This document shows, piece after piece, positions 39,556-54,421 of a stretch of DNA of 64,000 nt. Source of the stretch: Cycas panzhihuaensis. Its lineage: Eukaryota > Plantae > Cycadophyta. The DNA lies in contig CM041465.1 in assembly GCA_023213395.1 (NCBI GenBank), positions 93,131,741-93,195,740 on the forward strand, in the 5' to 3' direction. Made by a program: the position numbers and the translations under genes. Each line of letters begins with the position of its first letter. Position 1 is the stretch's first letter. The notes below the pieces were generated by a model. It did not search any database. It was not told the DNA's origin and worked only from the letters and a program-made list of their open reading frames with translations.

Positions 39556-41361
39556 GGGCTTTATGGCCTCAAATTGCCTCATGGGCTAAAAATAATATGC
39601 CTCTTTCAGCTTTACAACATACCACCATGGGCTTACATCATACCTCTGTAGGCAAAATAACCAGTAATAATGTGAATACATGACTCCAAAGATATATGTG
39701 ACTCAATTATTATACGAATAACTCTCTCTCATATAATAAAGCTCAAAATGAAACTTAATAAGTTCTCTAGATCCAAAAAATTAGACCTTGGTATGTGTTA
39801 TCCCCCCCATTTAGGGTATATCATATCATGGAGCCATGAAGATACATATATGTACCTAAAGAAGTTTAAAAAAATGAAAAGAAAATATAAATTTTTGACT
39901 TTGAATAGAAATTTGTACATAAAAATAGTTCCAAATAATATAAAATGACATGTCACAAGAAAGATCTCATTGTTACGAATCCAATGCAATAGACGAGAGT
40001 AAAATCAAAGTCTCCTAGCTCAAGTTATGATCAAAATGGTGAAGGGTACAAAATCCAAGGGGGCTAGCCCCTTTAGCTGGTTGGTTGTTGGTCATGTAGC
40101 AGCCCCATGTGGCTAAGGGTTGAGGCACAAAGGGGGCTAAGTAGAATTTAAAATATATTAAATATAGTTAAATATATTTTTTCAAATGTTAAAAAAAAAT
40201 GCATACCTTTTAATAAACATTAATATTTGCCAAAAAGATTAATGATTAAAATAGAATTAGCTGTGATTCAAATTAGGGTTCTACAATAGATTTTGTTCAC
40301 CACCATTAAGATAGAAGGTTACCATTGATTCTTCTATAATAGGTTGGTATGGCAAGGAGCATCTAAGGCAATGAGGGAGGGTGCCAAGTCTTTACATCTT
40401 CAAATAGAAATTATTGTGGTTTTTTATGGCTCTTATAAGATTTTCAGTTTGAATCCAGTGATTTGAAGAGATATATGTTCACATTGGATATTCTTCTTAA
40501 AGAAATATGTCAAGAATATAAATTTGATATTGTTTAAGGTACTTTAGTAGAAGGGCAATGAATTAAGTTCTCCCTTATAACATAAAATAATACGAGTAAT
40601 TTCTTCAATCCTTTATACAAACTATTAAGATCTATAGAATTGAGGGTTAACACCAAAAGGACAAAGCCATAGGATAGGGTTTCTTTAATATCGCATGTAT
40701 CTAACCCTCATTCCATATATATTATCCTTGGTTCTGTGAATTTATTTTCCTATTCAAAACCCTCCAATCTGTCAGGTTATTTTCTTTACAAGGTATAAAA
40801 AATAATTAAAAAATATGACTTCTCGGGATGGAGTTTGGGATAACAAACCCTAAAATCTAATACACCTACCACTAATGTTAGAATCCAAGTCAAACATAGA
40901 AGGGCCATCATTATTAACTTTAACCTGGCTTATAGGGAGAACAAATTATAGTATTTAGTTTGTCCTAATATTAGAGGACTAGATTTCTTCCTCGAGGCTC
41001 TTCATAACATTTGAGATTAGTTCTTCCTAAGTAGGGTCAAAATTCTCCCTTGTGAAACGAGTGGCTTCCTTTTCATATTTAGAAACCAGTAGTCATGGAT
41101 TCTAGAATCTAAAAGTTCATCATATATTAGACTATAGCAGGAAAAATATATCCTCACAAAACTATTCAATTATAAATTTCCTTTTTTAAAATATAGAGTC
41201 ATTTTTTTAATTTTAGATAGCAAAAAGAAGACTTTCTCAATTGCTTCTAATAACTCCATTGTAATTTTCCCACTGGCATCGAAGAAGATTGCTTTATACC
41301 AACTACATATACTCATAAAACTCCTCTATGTTGATAGCAGATATGTTGTTTATGAAGGTTG

Positions 41362-44300
41362 TGTTAGATAATATGATAATAATATTTTAAAGGTAAAAAT
41401 TTTAATAGGTTGCCAACATAGTTCCTCCCTAAACTTTCGTGGGGGGATTCAAGGGGCGTAAGAGCCCCCCTTGGTTAGGGGGTATAGGGGGAGCCAAAAC
41501 CCCCCTGTAAAATGGGGGTTCAAGTGACCTAAAAATGTAGCACCATAAAACATACTAAATTATAAAGAGAATTGGGGTCATTCATTAAAAAATATCCCAA
41601 AATTGATGGTTGAGATTTGTGCCTTGTATGACTCTCTCATATAGCGTGATTTAGGGTGTTTTGTTATTATGTTAATGGTATTCGATATATTGGATGTACT
41701 GTGAGGAGTAAAGATGGATGATTATTATTACTGTGTGTATTCTACTATAGATTATACATATTTCTCTATTCTTAGATAATAAAGATCGACATCTTTCCTA
41801 TATGGATGTTTCCCTAGCATACTACTAGGGTTTTACCACGTTATATCTAATGTATATGTGATGCTTTGGCTTTTTGATTAATTTATTATATTATCTCTAG
41901 TTTAAAAACTTACATATTAAATTTTAGTTTCAATTCCTATAACTAGTTATAAAATAGTTTAGATCTTGGTGGAAGTATTTGGTTATTAGGACCTAATTTT
42001 CTCAACAAGTGGTATCAAATCCACCTTTATTTTTGTAACAAGTTTGTGAAGGTTTTTGTGTCAATATTTCTACACCAAATGGTGAAATAAATGAATGCAA
42101 AGTTCAAGGTGGAGAAATTTAATGACAAGAACAACTTCAAGTTGTATAAGTGAAAAGCATATAATGCTCTGGTACAACAAGGATTGTACATAACTCTAGA
42201 AGGTAAATTAAAAAAACTTGCAAGAATGGATAATAACGAATGAGATGATCTAGATAAAAGGGCTCTTAGCATAATATAATTATGCTTGGCAGATAAAGTT
42301 CTATTCAAAATTATAGGGGAGAAGACAACAATAGGATTATAGACCCAGTTGGAAGGCTTGTAAATGACCAAATCAGTAACAAATCAAATCTATTTGAAGA
42401 GGCAACTATACTTATTACAGATGAAGGAAGGTACAAAAATTCTTAATCATTTAAATATTTTTAATACTCTTATTTATCAATTAGCTAGTATCGATGTCAT
42501 GATTGAGGATGAGAACAAGGTCATTACCTCGTTATGTTCATTACCAGAATATTAGGATAATATTATCACCTCAATTAGTTTTAACATTACATATGAAATA
42601 AACTATGATTCTATTGTAAGTGATTTGTTAATAAAAGAGGTAAGGAGGAAGTCTAGTCTTGAAGTCTCCACACTAAAAGACATAATAGTAAATGGAAGAA
42701 TGATTAAGAGAGGATAAAGCTCTATGGACATAATGAGGTTAAATTTAAAAGGTAAGAAGAGTAAGCTCAAATGTTCACACTGAAATAAGACAGGTCACCT
42801 CAAGAAGGATTGCTACAAAAGGAAGGAGTTCTAGAAAAAGAAAGATCTTACAAAGGAGGTTAATCAAGTGGAGTCAAATCAAGATATAAATAATGATGTC
42901 TTGGTTACTTATAATATGCCCCATTATCATCATGATTGGTTATTGGATTCAGGTGCTTCACACCATATATGTCTACACAAGAGTTGGTTTTTATTGTACC
43001 AACCTCTTGATGGTGGTGATGTGCTTATGTGAAATAAAGTTTTCTGTAAGATAGTGGACATTAGTAGCATCTAAATTAAAATGTTTGATGATGTAGTGAG
43101 AAAATTAACTAAAGTTAGATATGTACCTAATCTAAAAAATAATTTGATTTCCTTAGGTGAACTAGATTTTGGTGGTTATAAGTACACATATCATGAAGGA
43201 GTCTTGAAGGTGTCAAAGGGCACTTTGGTTATCATGAAAGCCTTAAAAAAAGGAAACCTTTATATTTTAGTGGGAAGTATAGATATCAAAAATTGTAGAA
43301 AATTATGGCATTAGAGACTTGGACATATGAGTGAGAAAGGACCTAAGGTATTGATGAATCGTAAGTTACTTCCTAACTTATAACTTTCAGATTTAACTTT
43401 TTGTAAACTTTGTATTATTAGAAAGTAGTGTAGACTTAGGTTCAAAGTAGGGAGTCACACTAGTAAAGGTCTTCTAGATTATGTACATTTAGATATGTGG
43501 GGACCAACCACTATAATATCTTATTGAGGATCATTATACTTTGTCACATTTATAGATGATTAGTCTAGAAAAGTATGGGTCTATTTTTCAAAATAAAAAT
43601 CTAAAGTTTTAAGTGTGTTTAATTAGTTCAAGACTTTGATTGAGAAGAGTACTAGTAGGTAAATCAAATGTTTAAGAACTAATAATGGAGATGAGTTTAA
43701 CTCCTTAGAGTTTGAGAACTATTACAGAGAAGTTAGGATTAAAAGGCATAATACCTCTAGCTATACTCTATAAAAGAATAATATAGTTGAGCGTATGAAC
43801 AAGACACTCTTAGAAAGAGTGAGAAGCATGTTGAGTAATGCAAGAGTGAAGTAGGGCTTATGGGTAGAAGTTATTCAAACAACTTGTTATTTGGTAAATA
43901 AGTCACCATCATTTGCAATAGACTACAAGATTTTTGAAGAGGGATGTACTAGATATCCATATGATTATTCAAATTTAAAAGTTTTTTGTTGTGATACTTA
44001 TACCTTGACTAATAAAAATCAATGTTCAAAGTTAGACCCAAAATCTAAGAGACATTTCTTTGTTGGTTATGGTGATAAAGATGATATGAAAGGATATAGG
44101 TTGTAGGATCCTACTACCCACAAAATCACTATTAACAATGATATTGCGTTTGATGAATCTCTCATTCTAAAATCAAATAGTGTAGAAGTTGAAGTGAAAT
44201 AGGAGTATAAATTTGAACATTAACATGTTAAGATTGAGACCCAATTATCTTTGGAAACAAAAAAGTAGGAAGAGCTTTCTGAAGATGAATCAGCAATAGA

Positions 44301-46670
44301 TTTACAAAAGTATATAGATACTCCTCTACTAACTATTAAAAGATCTATATAAGTTATTCATCTACCTAATAGGTATAACCTTTCTATTTCTATTACTTTG
44401 GTTTCTAATGATAATAAACCTACATGCTATTAAGAAGCAGTAGATGATATCCATAGTGAGAAGTGGAAGAGGGCTATGTAGGAAGAGATAGATACTTTAA
44501 AGAAAAATAATTCATGGGACTTAGTAGAACTTCCACATGGCAGGAAGATTGTTAATTGTAGGTGGGTTTTAAAAAGAAAATAGATGTTAATGGAAAGGTT
44601 GACAAATATAGGGCAAGACTGGTGGCTAAAGGCTTTACATAGAAAGGAAGTATTAATTTTCACGAGATCTTTTCACTAGTTGTTAAACCTATTTCAATTC
44701 AAGTTCTGTTAGCATTGATAACTTCTCTTAATTTGGAGTTAGAGGAGTTATATATAAAAAATACTTTTTTGCATGGAGGTTTAGATGAGGAGATCTATAT
44801 GGATTAACTAAAAGAGTTTATATAGGATGGCAAGAAAAGACTTATCTGCAGGCTTAGGAAATCATTATATAGCCTAAAGTAATCACCCAGGTAATGGTAT
44901 AGGAAGTTTGATGCCTTCATGAAGAGCAAATATTTCAAAAGAAATAAGTATAATCATTATGTTTACTTTAAATTCTTAAACAATGGCTTATTCATTATCT
45001 CGGTATTATATATTGATGACATGCTAGTTGCAAGCAAGGTTATGATAGAAATTAATAAGCTAAAGGCTCAATTGGCTGTAGAATAAATCTTAGCCACGGA
45101 GATATATAGAGATAGAAAAAATAATAAGATATAGTTATCACATCATAAATATGTGGAGAAGGTACTAACTAGATTTAGTATGAAAAATGTGAAACCAATT
45201 AGTATCCCGTTAGCTTACCATTTCAATCTTTCTTCAAGTATGAGTCCTAGTAGTGAAGAAGAAAAAGAATATATATCTTGTGTACCTTATGTCAGTGTAG
45301 TGGGAAGTTTGATGTATGCCATGGTATGTATACGACTTGACATTTCACATGCAGTTGGTGTAGTTAGAAGGTTTATAGAAAATCTAGGAAAGGAGCATTT
45401 GGTAGAAGTGAAATGGGTGCTTTGGTATTTGACGGGTATAAGTGACCATTGCATCACCTTTGGTGGTACAAGTAATCAAGTTTATGGATATCTTGATTTA
45501 GACTTTGCAAGAGATTTAGATAAGAGAAGGTCTATTTTAGGTTATGTGTTTACTCTTGTAAATGGTTTGGCTAGTTAGATGTTAAAATTACAGAGTACAA
45601 TTATATTTTCAACTACAAAAGTAGAATATGCTACTGTAGCACATGCTTATAAGGAAGTAATCTAGTTATAGGGTCTATTGGTTGAGCTTATAAGGAAACA
45701 AAAAAAGGTAAAGGTATTTTGTGATAGTCAAAGTACCATTTACTTAGCAAAGAATCTAACCTATCATAGTAGGATAAAGTATATTACTCTAAATACTATG
45801 TTGTTAGACAAGTTATAAAAGCAAGTGGAGTGGCACTTAAGAAGGTTAATATAAAATATAATTGTTCTAACATGTTCATAAGACCAGTACTATTAGATAA
45901 TTTCAAATGGTTCTTGACTTCTCTTAGTTTACAAAAAAAGTGATGAGTGGTCTAGGAAAAGTATCAAGTAAATTATAATCAAGGTGGATATTATTAGATA
46001 ATGTGATAATAATGTTTTGGACGTAAAAATTTTGACAAGTTAGCAGTGTGGTTTCCCATCTAAACTTTTATAGAGGGATCTAAGAGAGATAAGAGCCCCC
46101 CTTAACTAGGGGGTGTGAGGGGAGTCAAACATATCTCGCTGCCCCCACCCCCCCCCCTAAAATGGGAGTTTAGGGGTAGCAGCCCTTAACCTAAAAATCT
46201 AGTGTTATAAAACATACTAAATTATAAAGAGAATCAGGGTTGTTCATTAAAAAAAAAAAATCTTAAATTTGATAGTGAAGATTTCTACCTTGTATGACTC
46301 TCCTATATAGCTCAATTTAGGTGTTTTTTTATTATGTTGATGGTATTTGATGTATTGGATGTACTATGAAGAGTAGAGGCAACTAGTTGTTTTTATTGTG
46401 AGTGTTTTGCTATAGATTATACACATTTCTCTATTCTTAAATAATAAAGATCAATATCTTTTCTATATAGATGTTTCCTTAGCACACTGCTAGGGTTTTA
46501 CCATGTTATATCTAGTGTATATATGATGCTTTGGCTTATTTATTTATTTATTATATTATCTTTGGTTTAAGAACTTACATGTTAAATTTTAGTTTCAATT
46601 CCTATAACTAGTTACAAAATAGTTTAGATTTTGGTGGCAGTTTCTAATATTGGATCTAATTTTCTCAATA
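41362..46670 (+). mobile_element. Ty1/copia element F (Tork/Tnt1-like), full length and decayed
   Basis: LTRs at 41362-42007 and 45992-46670, PBS at 42010, PPT caaggtggata. The flanks GGTTG/GTGTG are only an imperfect TSD. Confidence 0.93.
42079..45943 (+). pseudogene. Element F gag-pol
   Basis: AKFKVEKFND (Tnt1-like gag), zinc knuckle, WLLDSGASHHI, YFVTFIDD*SRKVW, LYIDDMLV, VPYVSVVGSLMYAMVC and CDSQS. Confidence 0.94.
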
Positions 46671-49115
46671 GTGTGATCAGGCATGCATGAGTAACTAATC
46701 TATAGTAGCTTCAAAACCTTCAATAGCTTCATAAAAGCATAAAAAATAGAACTTTTAATAGCTCTTAACACTCTCTTAATATTATCAGAAAGCAACCCCT
46801 TGAAATGATTAAAAATTAACAAAAATAGCCCCAAATATTCTAGAAAAAAACTCTTAAAAAGTATGCACCAGGTTGGGTTCAAGTTGAAATAAACCTTTAA
46901 ATAAATATTGAATAGGCCACAATATAGGTTCCTTAAAAGAATAATAAGAATAAAAGGATAATTTGTACAAGGGCTTATAATAATACCCTCAAAGATTTAA
47001 CATTGGGCTTTGATACCATAATCTAATACATACAAAGAATAATGGTGAGTTAAAGGTATAACAATGAAGCTCAAAATAAGATAAAGTATGTACAATAAAA
47101 GAACACAAGATATGAAGAATTTTCCAAAACTTAAATTAGAAAGAATTATAGATACATATTTATGGTACATGCTCACCATTAGTGAAAGAATCTCATTAGT
47201 TAATCTAGAGGTAGTACACCTCTATGTGGCCCACAACCTCTAATATAAAAATATAAATAATATAGAGAGATATTACATGAGGATTATTATATAATTGAGT
47301 ATTACATCAACACATATATGATATATTATAGATTGGTAAAAGATTAAAACCCTTATTTCTTAAGGGCTAAGACTAGATGACTTTAATCACTTAATTTAGT
47401 AAAAAACATGAAATATATTAAATATACATATATTTTCTTAATTCTGAGCCTCCTTAATATAATCATGTACACTTCATTTATTTTAATTTGACTAAAACTT
47501 TTAACAATTTATATAGATAGATAGATAGATGTGCATTCATACTTATTATAAGTGTTGATATTTTATTTATTCCAGTAATGATTGAAATAGTTTTAGCATC
47601 ACCTACAATTAACACTTACTATTTTTTTTAATTTTCTTATTAACTCCTACCTTGTTTCTACATTGATTAAGTCTTATCATGTTTGATAATCTTTTTCGAT
47701 CAGGTTCTACCTTTTTCTATGAGTTTATGTCTTTTATTTTAATGCTATTTACTTACTTTATACATTCATTTACAATTTTGGCTTTGAGTTTGAATGGAAT
47801 TTATTATTCTACCTAATCCATTACATAGATCTCTTTTAATACATAGAAAACAAATGGTCATGTATTGAAAATAAATATTGTATAAGGAAGTTATACATGT
47901 TTTAAGTTTTTAAGGTTTTTATATTGTCAAAAATATGATCACAGTTTTTAAATAACAGTCATCATATTTTATAAATAAGGCTACATTTTTTGCTAAAAAT
48001 ACATTTATTCACCATATTTTTTAGGTTTCCTTATCATTTTTATGTTTCATCATATTTTCATATTGTGAAAAATGAGGCAAATATTTTAAGGTGCTATATC
48101 TTTGTATTTTTTACTAAAGACTACATTCATTACTGTAGAATCTAGAATTTTTTACTAAAGACCATGTTCTTTATTGTAGAATCCAAAAAGCAATATTTTA
48201 TAATTTGATTTACTTCTCATATTTTTCTAAGTACTTTTGTAAAACTATAGGCTTGTAAAATAATGGATACCCATAGTTTTGACAAAACCATGGGCTCTCT
48301 TTTTCTATGAATACATTCATTTCTATGTATTTTATGATGAAATTTTTTTACGAGTTATTATGTTGAAATTCTAGTAGAATCCCCATTGAACTTGTTGAAT
48401 ACCTGATTTTCATCTACAAAGTTTATGTGATTTGATTGAAAAGCTTTTCCATTAGTTTCATGTTAATTTACGTATTAGTAGCTAGTTGTTTATAAGTTTC
48501 CAACCATAACATCATTAGTTGACTAATTTCGTTGATTTCCATCCATGTTTTTTTATAGTTTTTCATTTTTTTTTACTCACTTCATCCTTTTCATACTAAC
48601 TCTTTGTAGAGGTGATTTAGAGTGAGATAGCATAGATATTTTCTGAAGTAATTACTATAGAAAGTATATCTACCTACTTTAATATAATTTTTATTAATGT
48701 TTTATGGTTAAAACTTTCTTATTTATCATTTAAAGGTTATTCAAATTGGCTAGACTTTAATAGTATCACTAACTCTTTACTTATAATTTTGTTGGTTTGT
48801 TTAGTAGAATATGTATTTTGCTAATAAATTGTTATTTATCATATATATTTATGATTTTAATTTATTTCATAACCTTTTTTATTGCATGTTTAATTGTTTA
48901 AAGTTGATTTCATATGTTTTTGGTTCCTAACTTTGAAAAGTGTAGGCTTTTACTTCTAATAGTTTACTATGGGATCAATGCTGATATTTTGAGGTCTTTA
49001 TTTAACCTTTTTTTTCTTATTTCTTGTAATTCAATTTATTGTTTCATAGAGTTTTAACTTTGTCCTACTTGGAAACTTATATACTATCTTTCTTTCCATA
49101 AGATTTAACATATTT

Positions 49116-49170
49116 GAAAAGGTTGACGTATAGTAGACAATATAATAGTGATTGTTGAGGCTCTTCATTA

Positions 49171-49233
<63 letters not shown>

Positions 49234-51370
49234 GTAACAAGTAACTCTGCTCAAATTGGACATCAACAAAGCTTATAACATAGTGGAATTTGACTTTCTT
49301 TTTTATATCCTTATTACAAAAAGACCATATCACCTAGATCAAAGACATGATCTCTTTGGTTTTTATGGCCATAAAAATAAATACCTCAGTCAATTACCTT
49401 ATCTATAATAGTAGAGGAAATCACGAAGGATGCCCCTTATCTCTTTATCTTTTCATAATAACCATGGATAGCCTCTCTTCTCTATTAGTATGGATCCAAT
49501 TAGTGGGTCTTCTACAAGGGGTTTCTATTGATGGAATAAAGGTCACATTATACTAGACCTTTGTAGATGATACTATATTGCTAGGCTATCCTTTGCATAT
49601 ATAAATCAATATCTAGAGTCAAGTGCTTAGTTTTTTATCTTATAGTAGGGATGAAGATTAATCATAGAAAATCCAACATCATCTTCAATGAAGTATATAT
49701 AAAGGATCAATCCACATCGGTGATAGCCTTAGGAGTTATAATTACCCCCAAATTTATAATCTTCAAATACTTAAGTATCCCTATGGGCCTCTCTAGACTA
49801 AAAATTACTAATTGGCATCCTTATATTTTGAAAATTAAGAAGAAGTTAGATGCTTAGCCAACCAAATATCTTAACCTAGTAGGTTGACAGAGTCTAATAA
49901 AATTAACACTGTCCCAAATGCCTAATTATCTGATATCCATCATTTAAGCTCCTAAAGTAGTGTTATTAACAATCTAAAGTTTGTTCTTAAGATTCTTCTA
50001 GAAACCTTGGTCAGTAGAAGTGAAGTCATTTTACCCAATGAAGTGGAGCACAATGTCTAATCACAAGGGTTGAGGTGGTATTGGACTCAAAGACCTTTTT
50101 ATTGTGGTAAAGGTGAGAGGGGCAAAGTGATTATGGGACCTATAGAATAAAGAAAGTAATAAATGGGCCTACATTATTAAAAGGAAGTATTATTTAGTAC
50201 TTTCAACTAAAGAGCAATTAGCAGCTCCTAACCATATAAATAAAGGATCCATAACTTGGAATCATATGATGGAAACTTAGGATAATCTCCACTATAAAAC
50301 TATATATTATCTAAGATCAACAAGTCTTCAAGTCAGCTTTTAGACAAATAAATAATTACCTCTAAGTCTTTCTCATTACTTAATTAGAAGGATTTCACAC
50401 CTTTAGCCTAGTTCTACAATTCTTATAATTAGGTCACTATGGCTTAGTTCAATTATCTTGATCAACTTTAATGGAAGGATTTTATTAAGCTTGTAATGGG
50501 GATTAATCCTCGGTCTAAATCTTTGCTCTCATAGATGGCTGATAGACTTAACCTTTTCATGTGGTAAGTGGACCCTCTTATTGTCTCTCAGGATTTAGAG
50601 AAGGAGGAAGGAGTTGGGTTCTTTTATAGGGGTTGAGTATTTGAGTTTAGAAAATTATACTACTTGTTTATAGTCAACAATATTAACATGTTTAACTTCA
50701 AGCTAAATAAGGATGGATGTGGTGGAAGCAAGTTCAACCTAAATATAACCTACTTTACTAGAGAAATTTACACAAGGCACTTATTTTTTAGGATATATAA
50801 GATCAATGGAATATGAATCATTAATCCTTTTATCTAGTGTGTGGTGATCAAAATGACAACTTTGATCATATTTGGTGGCACTATCCTCCAATCTAGGAGA
50901 TCTAGTATACCACCTTTGAGATCTTTAATCTAGACCAAGGCTTCATTATAATCTGAGTTAGTCATCTACCTCTTTATTTTTGGCTAATTAAAAGGAGTTA
51001 GACAACAACATATATTTAGTTCATGATCCACCATCACTTGATAGACATTTGACTTCTTCTTCTCAAAACCATCTTATGGAAAATCTAAAAAAATTGTATC
51101 ATAACTTATTTTTAAAAAGTAATTCCATCTTTTAAACAAACTTTTGGGCATATAAGGAAGGAATTGTAGTTATGGTTATCCCACAATACTTACTTTACTT
51201 CTCTCCATAAAAAAATTAAGAAAAACCTCCATATTGATGTTATTATTTTATGTGCGCTGCATGTAAATAACTGGGTCAGTAGATCTACTTGACAAATGGT
51301 CTCTTTAGCCTCTTGTATTATATTTGATTTTATAATTTAATGACATATATTTTACCTTAAAAAAAAAAAA
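49116..51370 (+). mobile_element. 5'-truncated L1-clade LINE (ORF2 RT onward) with poly(A) tail
   Basis: G*RIVDNII..EALH, LKLDINKAY, SRGNHEGCPLSLYLF, FVDDTILL and KYLSIPM. A-tail at 51359-51370. TSD AAGATTTAACATATTT at 49100-49115 and 51369-51384. Confidence 0.93.
49175..49230. repeat. (TA)28 microsatellite
   Basis: Perfect TA run. Confidence 0.98.
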
Positions 51371-53647
51371 GATTTAACATATTTAATTTCCTTTTTCCAC
51401 AAAGTCTTTCTAAATATAACCACTATACTACTAAAATTTTTAAATTTCATATTTTAAAGCTTCTTCTTTTGTGCATGTTTTAAAGTAGTTTTTGGCATCT
51501 TTGAAGCTCATAAAGTATAGATTTACAGAAAATTCTTAAAATATAATAGAAATGCTACCAAAATTTTCTCAAATCTGACATGTTGTATTTGATGTTTGAT
51601 TACTTAATTAGATTGATTTAAGTGTGTTCATTTTGTTACTATTTAAGGTTAAGTTGTATCTACTTGTTTGATTCCATTTCATTATCAATTCCTTAGCATT
51701 ATCACTTTGGCTTTGAGTTAATTCATTTGTTTATTAAAATAGAGTGTTAAATAGAGATTAAAATTTTTTTTTTTTTTTTAAACCTAAAATTAATCCCTAA
51801 ATAAGAGGTGAGATTTTTAGGTACACCCACCTCATCTTTTCATTCCATCAATTAGTTGATTATTTATTTTTCACTTTATTCATATGTTTAAAAAGGAAAA
51901 GAAAAGAAATCATATTTTTTAGCTCTTAAGTTTATTGGATGTAGTATGAGAATGATGCCACATCTTTAGGGAAGAAGTATAAGATACAAAAGATGGACAA
52001 TAAAAATGTTCACTCCTTATATTACTTTATAAAATGTATATAGATATGTAGGATACTCATATATGTAAGATCTTACAAAGCTAATAATAGTGTGCTCTTC
52101 AGTGGGCTTAGCACATAAACCAAGAAACCCACATGTAAACATATTAAAATAAGTATAATATATTAATTAAGATAATCTTGAGGGTTACATGATCATGAAT
52201 GGGGGATCTAGATAATGACTAATGAATTAAATATTAGTCTAAATATTACACCTAATATTTCTCCCTCTTAATATTTAATTTATTGTTTCTATATCTACTA
52301 TCATTATTGCTTTATTTTCCTACTATTATAGATGGTCCAAGCTATATCAAATCTTTATTAAATTTTTAATGTCCATATGAAGATAACTCCATATGTCATA
52401 CCACATGGGTAATCAGCCATTTTGATTGTCAATTCTCTAAGTAATCATTTTAGTTATATGATTCAATTAAGACCTTCATTAATATCATTTTAAGAATATA
52501 TTATCCTATGTAGCCTATTAAGTGTGCTAAAAATATACAAGAGTAGTTGAAAACAGTGTGCTACCTCTTACTAAATAAGACTTAAAAGTAACTTTTCTTT
52601 AGCATATCATAGTCTAAAATATAACAGTAAGCTCTATGGCCTCAAAAACTTGCCCTATAGGGCTCATATAATCATGACCCTAGAAATATATAGGTCATAA
52701 TAACCAAATAAGAGTACAAACATGAAATTTTTACTTATCCTTTAAAGGCTACAAGACTAATATTTGTTGGGGTTAATAATCATCACCCCACTCCCACCTT
52801 CCAACCAGGAGTTCACACCTCACTGTCACCAATTTATACATGTGGGTGCTCACATGTAAAGGTAAGTATAAGGTAAGGTTAAGTTGATTTGATTTAATTT
52901 TAGTTAAGTTTATTTGAGTTAAGTTATATTTTATTGTTGTTTAAATTTTAGGGATTGATGAGTTTTCCTCCTCCCCCAAACTATATATTTGGAGGGGTGT
53001 GCAACCCTGGTGTCTTTAGATATCGACTACGTTTGGATATTTGTAATGCTCTCTCTAAAAAAATAGATTGAATATAAAATCTTTTGTGTTTATGCAACAA
53101 AGATGTATTGATCTATGATTATGTGTTTAAGTTCTGCCCTATTCTCCATCTAGTTTATTTTTCCTACATTTGGTATCGGAGTAAAGATTATTGAGTTGTT
53201 ACATCTCCATTTAAAGTTTTTTGAAGAGAAAGAAGATCTATTAGCATTTTAAGGCAGATCTACTCATAGCAAGCAAAGATTGGTTATATTCATTTTCTGA
53301 AAAGTTTATTAGCAATCTCTTGTATTTTTTGTTAGAGATCTAATTATTCTTGAGTTATACTTATGAAATAAAAAATATATTTCAGATCTATATAAGACAT
53401 AGCTACAATCAGTAAATATCAAGTTTCTATCACTCTACGGAGGTTTTATTAACAAGTTTTATATATTTCTGTCAAATATTTGACCATTTTCAAGCATATT
53501 TTGTCTATTTATCCAATACTTTTTTTAGATCTTTGTAAGAGCATAAGTGCAAGCAATATTTATTCAAGTTTTCTTCATATTTACTATATATTCTTTATAT
53601 CTACTTATTTTATCAAATATTTGACCATTTTCTGGTTTATTTTGTTT

Positions 53648-53775
53648 ATATCTGTAATATTTGCTTTAGATATGCAATATTGGCTTCAGATCTATAATAT
53701 CTTCTCCAGATCTATAATATTTTCTTTAGATCTATAATATTTTCTTTAGATCTGTAATATTTGGTTTAGATTTGT
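53648..53775. repeat. 20-21-bp minisatellite (about 6 copies)
   Basis: Units of agatct(a/g)taatatt..(c)ttt. Confidence 0.8.
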
Positions 53776-54421
53776 ATATTTTATTAAATATTTAACAATT
53801 TCTTAAACATTTAGTCTACTTACTCAATATATTTTTTTAAATATGTGTAAGTTTTGGTGCATATTTAGCCTAACAAGCTCTTTGGAGAAGCTGTATTATA
53901 GTAGATCCATGTATTAGAAGAATTTGAAGTCTATTTTCTATAAATTTTCCATACCTACATTACCAAGTTCTTCATTTTTTATTCAAATTTAAACATATTT
54001 TTCTCATTTCTTTGATATATCTGCTCTTGTATATTTGAAATATTTCAAGTACAAATATATATACATTTTATTTATTTGATATATTTCTGTTAATATATTT
54101 AAAAATTTTCTGTTTTCATTTATGGCTCCATTGAATCATCAGATTTTTCATGCTTTTCTATATAAATATAATTTCTTTTTTAAATATCTTTTCCATGATA
54201 TACATATTGTATAAAGAGTATTCTTTTTCAACTAAAAACAAGAGAAAAAAAAACTCAACACTTTTGTCATCTTTCCTCTTTTTAGAATAAATTCATAAGA
54301 ATAAACTGCATTATTACTTCTTCAATAGCAAGAATATGATTTACATCTAATTTTTAAGGTGCTCTGAAGTCCCTCCAATATTATTTACACTTTTTTTGTA
54401 TAAGTTATAGGCTCAACAAAA

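Larger units (their letters stand above)
38752..47312 (-). mobile_element. Non-autonomous copia-like element E, contains nested element F
   Basis: ~290-bp LTRs at 38752-39039 and 47019-47312, PBS at 47007-47018 (TGGTATCAAAGC on the minus strand), PPT at 39040-39048. No TSD recognisable. Confidence 0.85.

Noticed and set aside
49031-49333. 100-aa ORF with a YIYIYI run
   Set aside because: Antisense read-through of the (TA)n microsatellite.
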